DNA of 64,000 nt. It comes from Rhodospirillaceae bacterium. GTDB lineage: Bacteria; Pseudomonadota; Alphaproteobacteria; Rhodospirillales; JABJKH01. The notes below the pieces were generated by a model. That model saw only the letters and a list, made by a program, of their open reading frames with translations. It ran no database searches and had not been told where the DNA came from. The position numbers were made by a program, and so were the translations under genes. The stretch covers positions 6,650-70,649 of the forward strand of contig JABJKH010000041.1 in assembly GCA_018660465.1 (NCBI GenBank), given 5' to 3'. Of the stretch, positions 63,025-64,000 are shown piece by piece (position 1 is the stretch's first letter; the number at the start of each line of letters is the position of its first letter).

Positions 63025-64000
63025 TTATTTAATGACACCCTTGTCATGCAATTCTTTAAGCCTGTCAGGTGACAAATTCAAAAGCCCCCCCAGCACCTCG
63101 TCGGTGTGTTCACCTAAAAGCGGTGCCGGGTTGGAAATCACTTCTGCCAAGCCGGTCATTTTGATCGGATTTCCGGGCAGGCGAACCTTGCCGACTTCCG
63201 GGTGATCGTATTCGACGATCATATTTCTTTCCGCAACAGGCGGTTCGGCAAAGGCGCCTTCTAGATCAAGCAGCGGCGATGCCGGAACGTCGGCGGCACG
63301 AAGATTTTTAATCCAATCATCGACTGTCCGTTTTTCAAAAATTTCTCTGATGAGAGGGATCAAAATTTTACCGTTCTTGGTTCGGTCAATATTGGTGGCA
63401 AACCGTTCATCATCAACAAGGTCCGGCGCGTCCATAACCTTGCAGAGATTTTGCCAAGAAATTTCTTCGCGCACAGCAAGCACGACAAAGCCGTCCTTGG
63501 CGGCGAAAGCGCCCCACGGCACGGTGTATTCATGAGCCGACCCCATGCGCTCGGGAACTTCTCCGTTGCTTAGATACATCGTCCCGATATAGGTGAGCAG
63601 GTTCAGCATGGCGTCGAACATCGACAGTTCGATGCAGCGTCCCTTGCCATTGCGTTCGCGATCAAAAAGCGCCGCGAGGATCGCCTTGCAGGAGAATATC
63701 CCGCCGCTCAAATCGCCAAAGGGAACCCCAAGCCGCACTGGCGGTCCATCGTTCTCGCCGGTAATCGACATGTGTCCGCTCATTGCCTGAACAATGATGT
63801 CCCAGGCAGGAAAATTCTTGTAGGCCCCTTCTGTCCCGAAGCCGGTCACGGTGCATTGAATGATGCGTGGATTGACCTTGCTCAAACTTTCGTAATCGAC
63901 CTTCAACCGCTTGAGAACGCCGGAGCGAAAATTATCAATGACGACGTCTGCGGTCTTGACGAGATCGTAAAACAGCTCCCGTCCTTCGTCGGTTTTAAGA
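63025..64000 (-). CDS. Family III CoA-transferase (CaiB/BaiF type), N-terminus beyond the window edge
   Basis: The frame stays open upstream of the listed ATG to position 64000 (LKTDEGRELFYDLVKTADVVIDNFRSGVLKRLKVDYESL...). It is colinear with the CoA-transferase at 5699-6904. Confidence 0.85.
   Translation of the reverse strand, partial: LKTDEGRELFYDLVKTADVVIDNFRSGVLKRLKVDYESLSKVNPRIIQCTVTGFGTEGAYKNFPAWDIIVQAMSGHMSITGENDGPPVRLGVPFGDLSGGIFSCKAILAALFDRERNGKGRCIELSMFDAMLNLLTYIGTMYLSNGEVPERMGSAHEYTVPWGAFAAKDGFVVLAVREEISWQNLCKVMDAPDLVDDERFATNIDRTKNGKILIPLIREIFEKRTVDDWIKNLRAADVPASPLLDLEGAFAEPPVAERNMIVEYDHPEVGKVRLPGNPIKMTGLAEVISNPAPLLGEHTDEVLGGLLNLSPDRLKELHDKGVIK

Overview
This 64 kb window looks like chromosomal DNA from a hopanoid-producing proteobacterium, probably a marine alphaproteobacterium (the hpn cluster, usg and many PAS kinases point that way). 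That taxonomic placement is inference only. Gene density is high and I found no rRNA, tRNA, CRISPR array or transposase. The contents, in order:
- An Mrp/complex-I-like membrane module with three MrpD/NuoN-type subunits, cut off at the 5' edge.
- Two acyl-CoA clusters built from family III CoA-transferase, MaoC hydratase, enoyl-CoA hydratase or CitE-like lyase, SDRs, FAH and cupins (4.1-8.2 kb and 59.5-64 kb).
- Three very large PAS-rich sensor kinases, two chemoreceptors, a GGDEF protein and an SBP-HAMP-PAS-PP2C membrane phosphatase.
- A beta-carbonic anhydrase, gamma-glutamyltransferase and two GSTs.
- A complete hopanoid core cluster (MlaC/HpnM-like, hpnC, hpnB, hpnD, hpnE, shc).

The main result is that three apparent split genes are most simply read as selenoproteins. 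Each has a single in-frame TGA at a redox-active Cys position, followed by a downstream hairpin:
- a Bcp-type peroxiredoxin (TGA at 12228-12230);
- an AhpD/CMD-like protein with a C-x-x-U motif (TGA at 31624-31626), next to a Cys-less paralog that aligns across the stop;
- a GrdB/PrdB-like reductase with U-x-x-C (TGA at 55625-55627), which lies in the same minus-strand gene string as tRNA 2-selenouridine synthase (selU).

The second result is a three-copy intergenic palindromic element of about 100-125 bp (32.1, 42.1 and 45.1 kb). Its outer and central stems are conserved, and two side hairpins vary in sequence but keep their pairing, giving a four-way-junction shape.

Other points worth a look:
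- a Panacea (DUF4065) domain protein with a 15-bp tandem repeat, divergent from an AT-rich 774-aa membrane-anchored orphan;
- short tandem repeats in the shc 5' end and downstream of a kinase;
- a Fur-box-like palindrome in front of a soluble dual-PAS chemoreceptor.

All functional calls come from reading the supplied translations and the DNA by eye. No database search or folding calculation was run.
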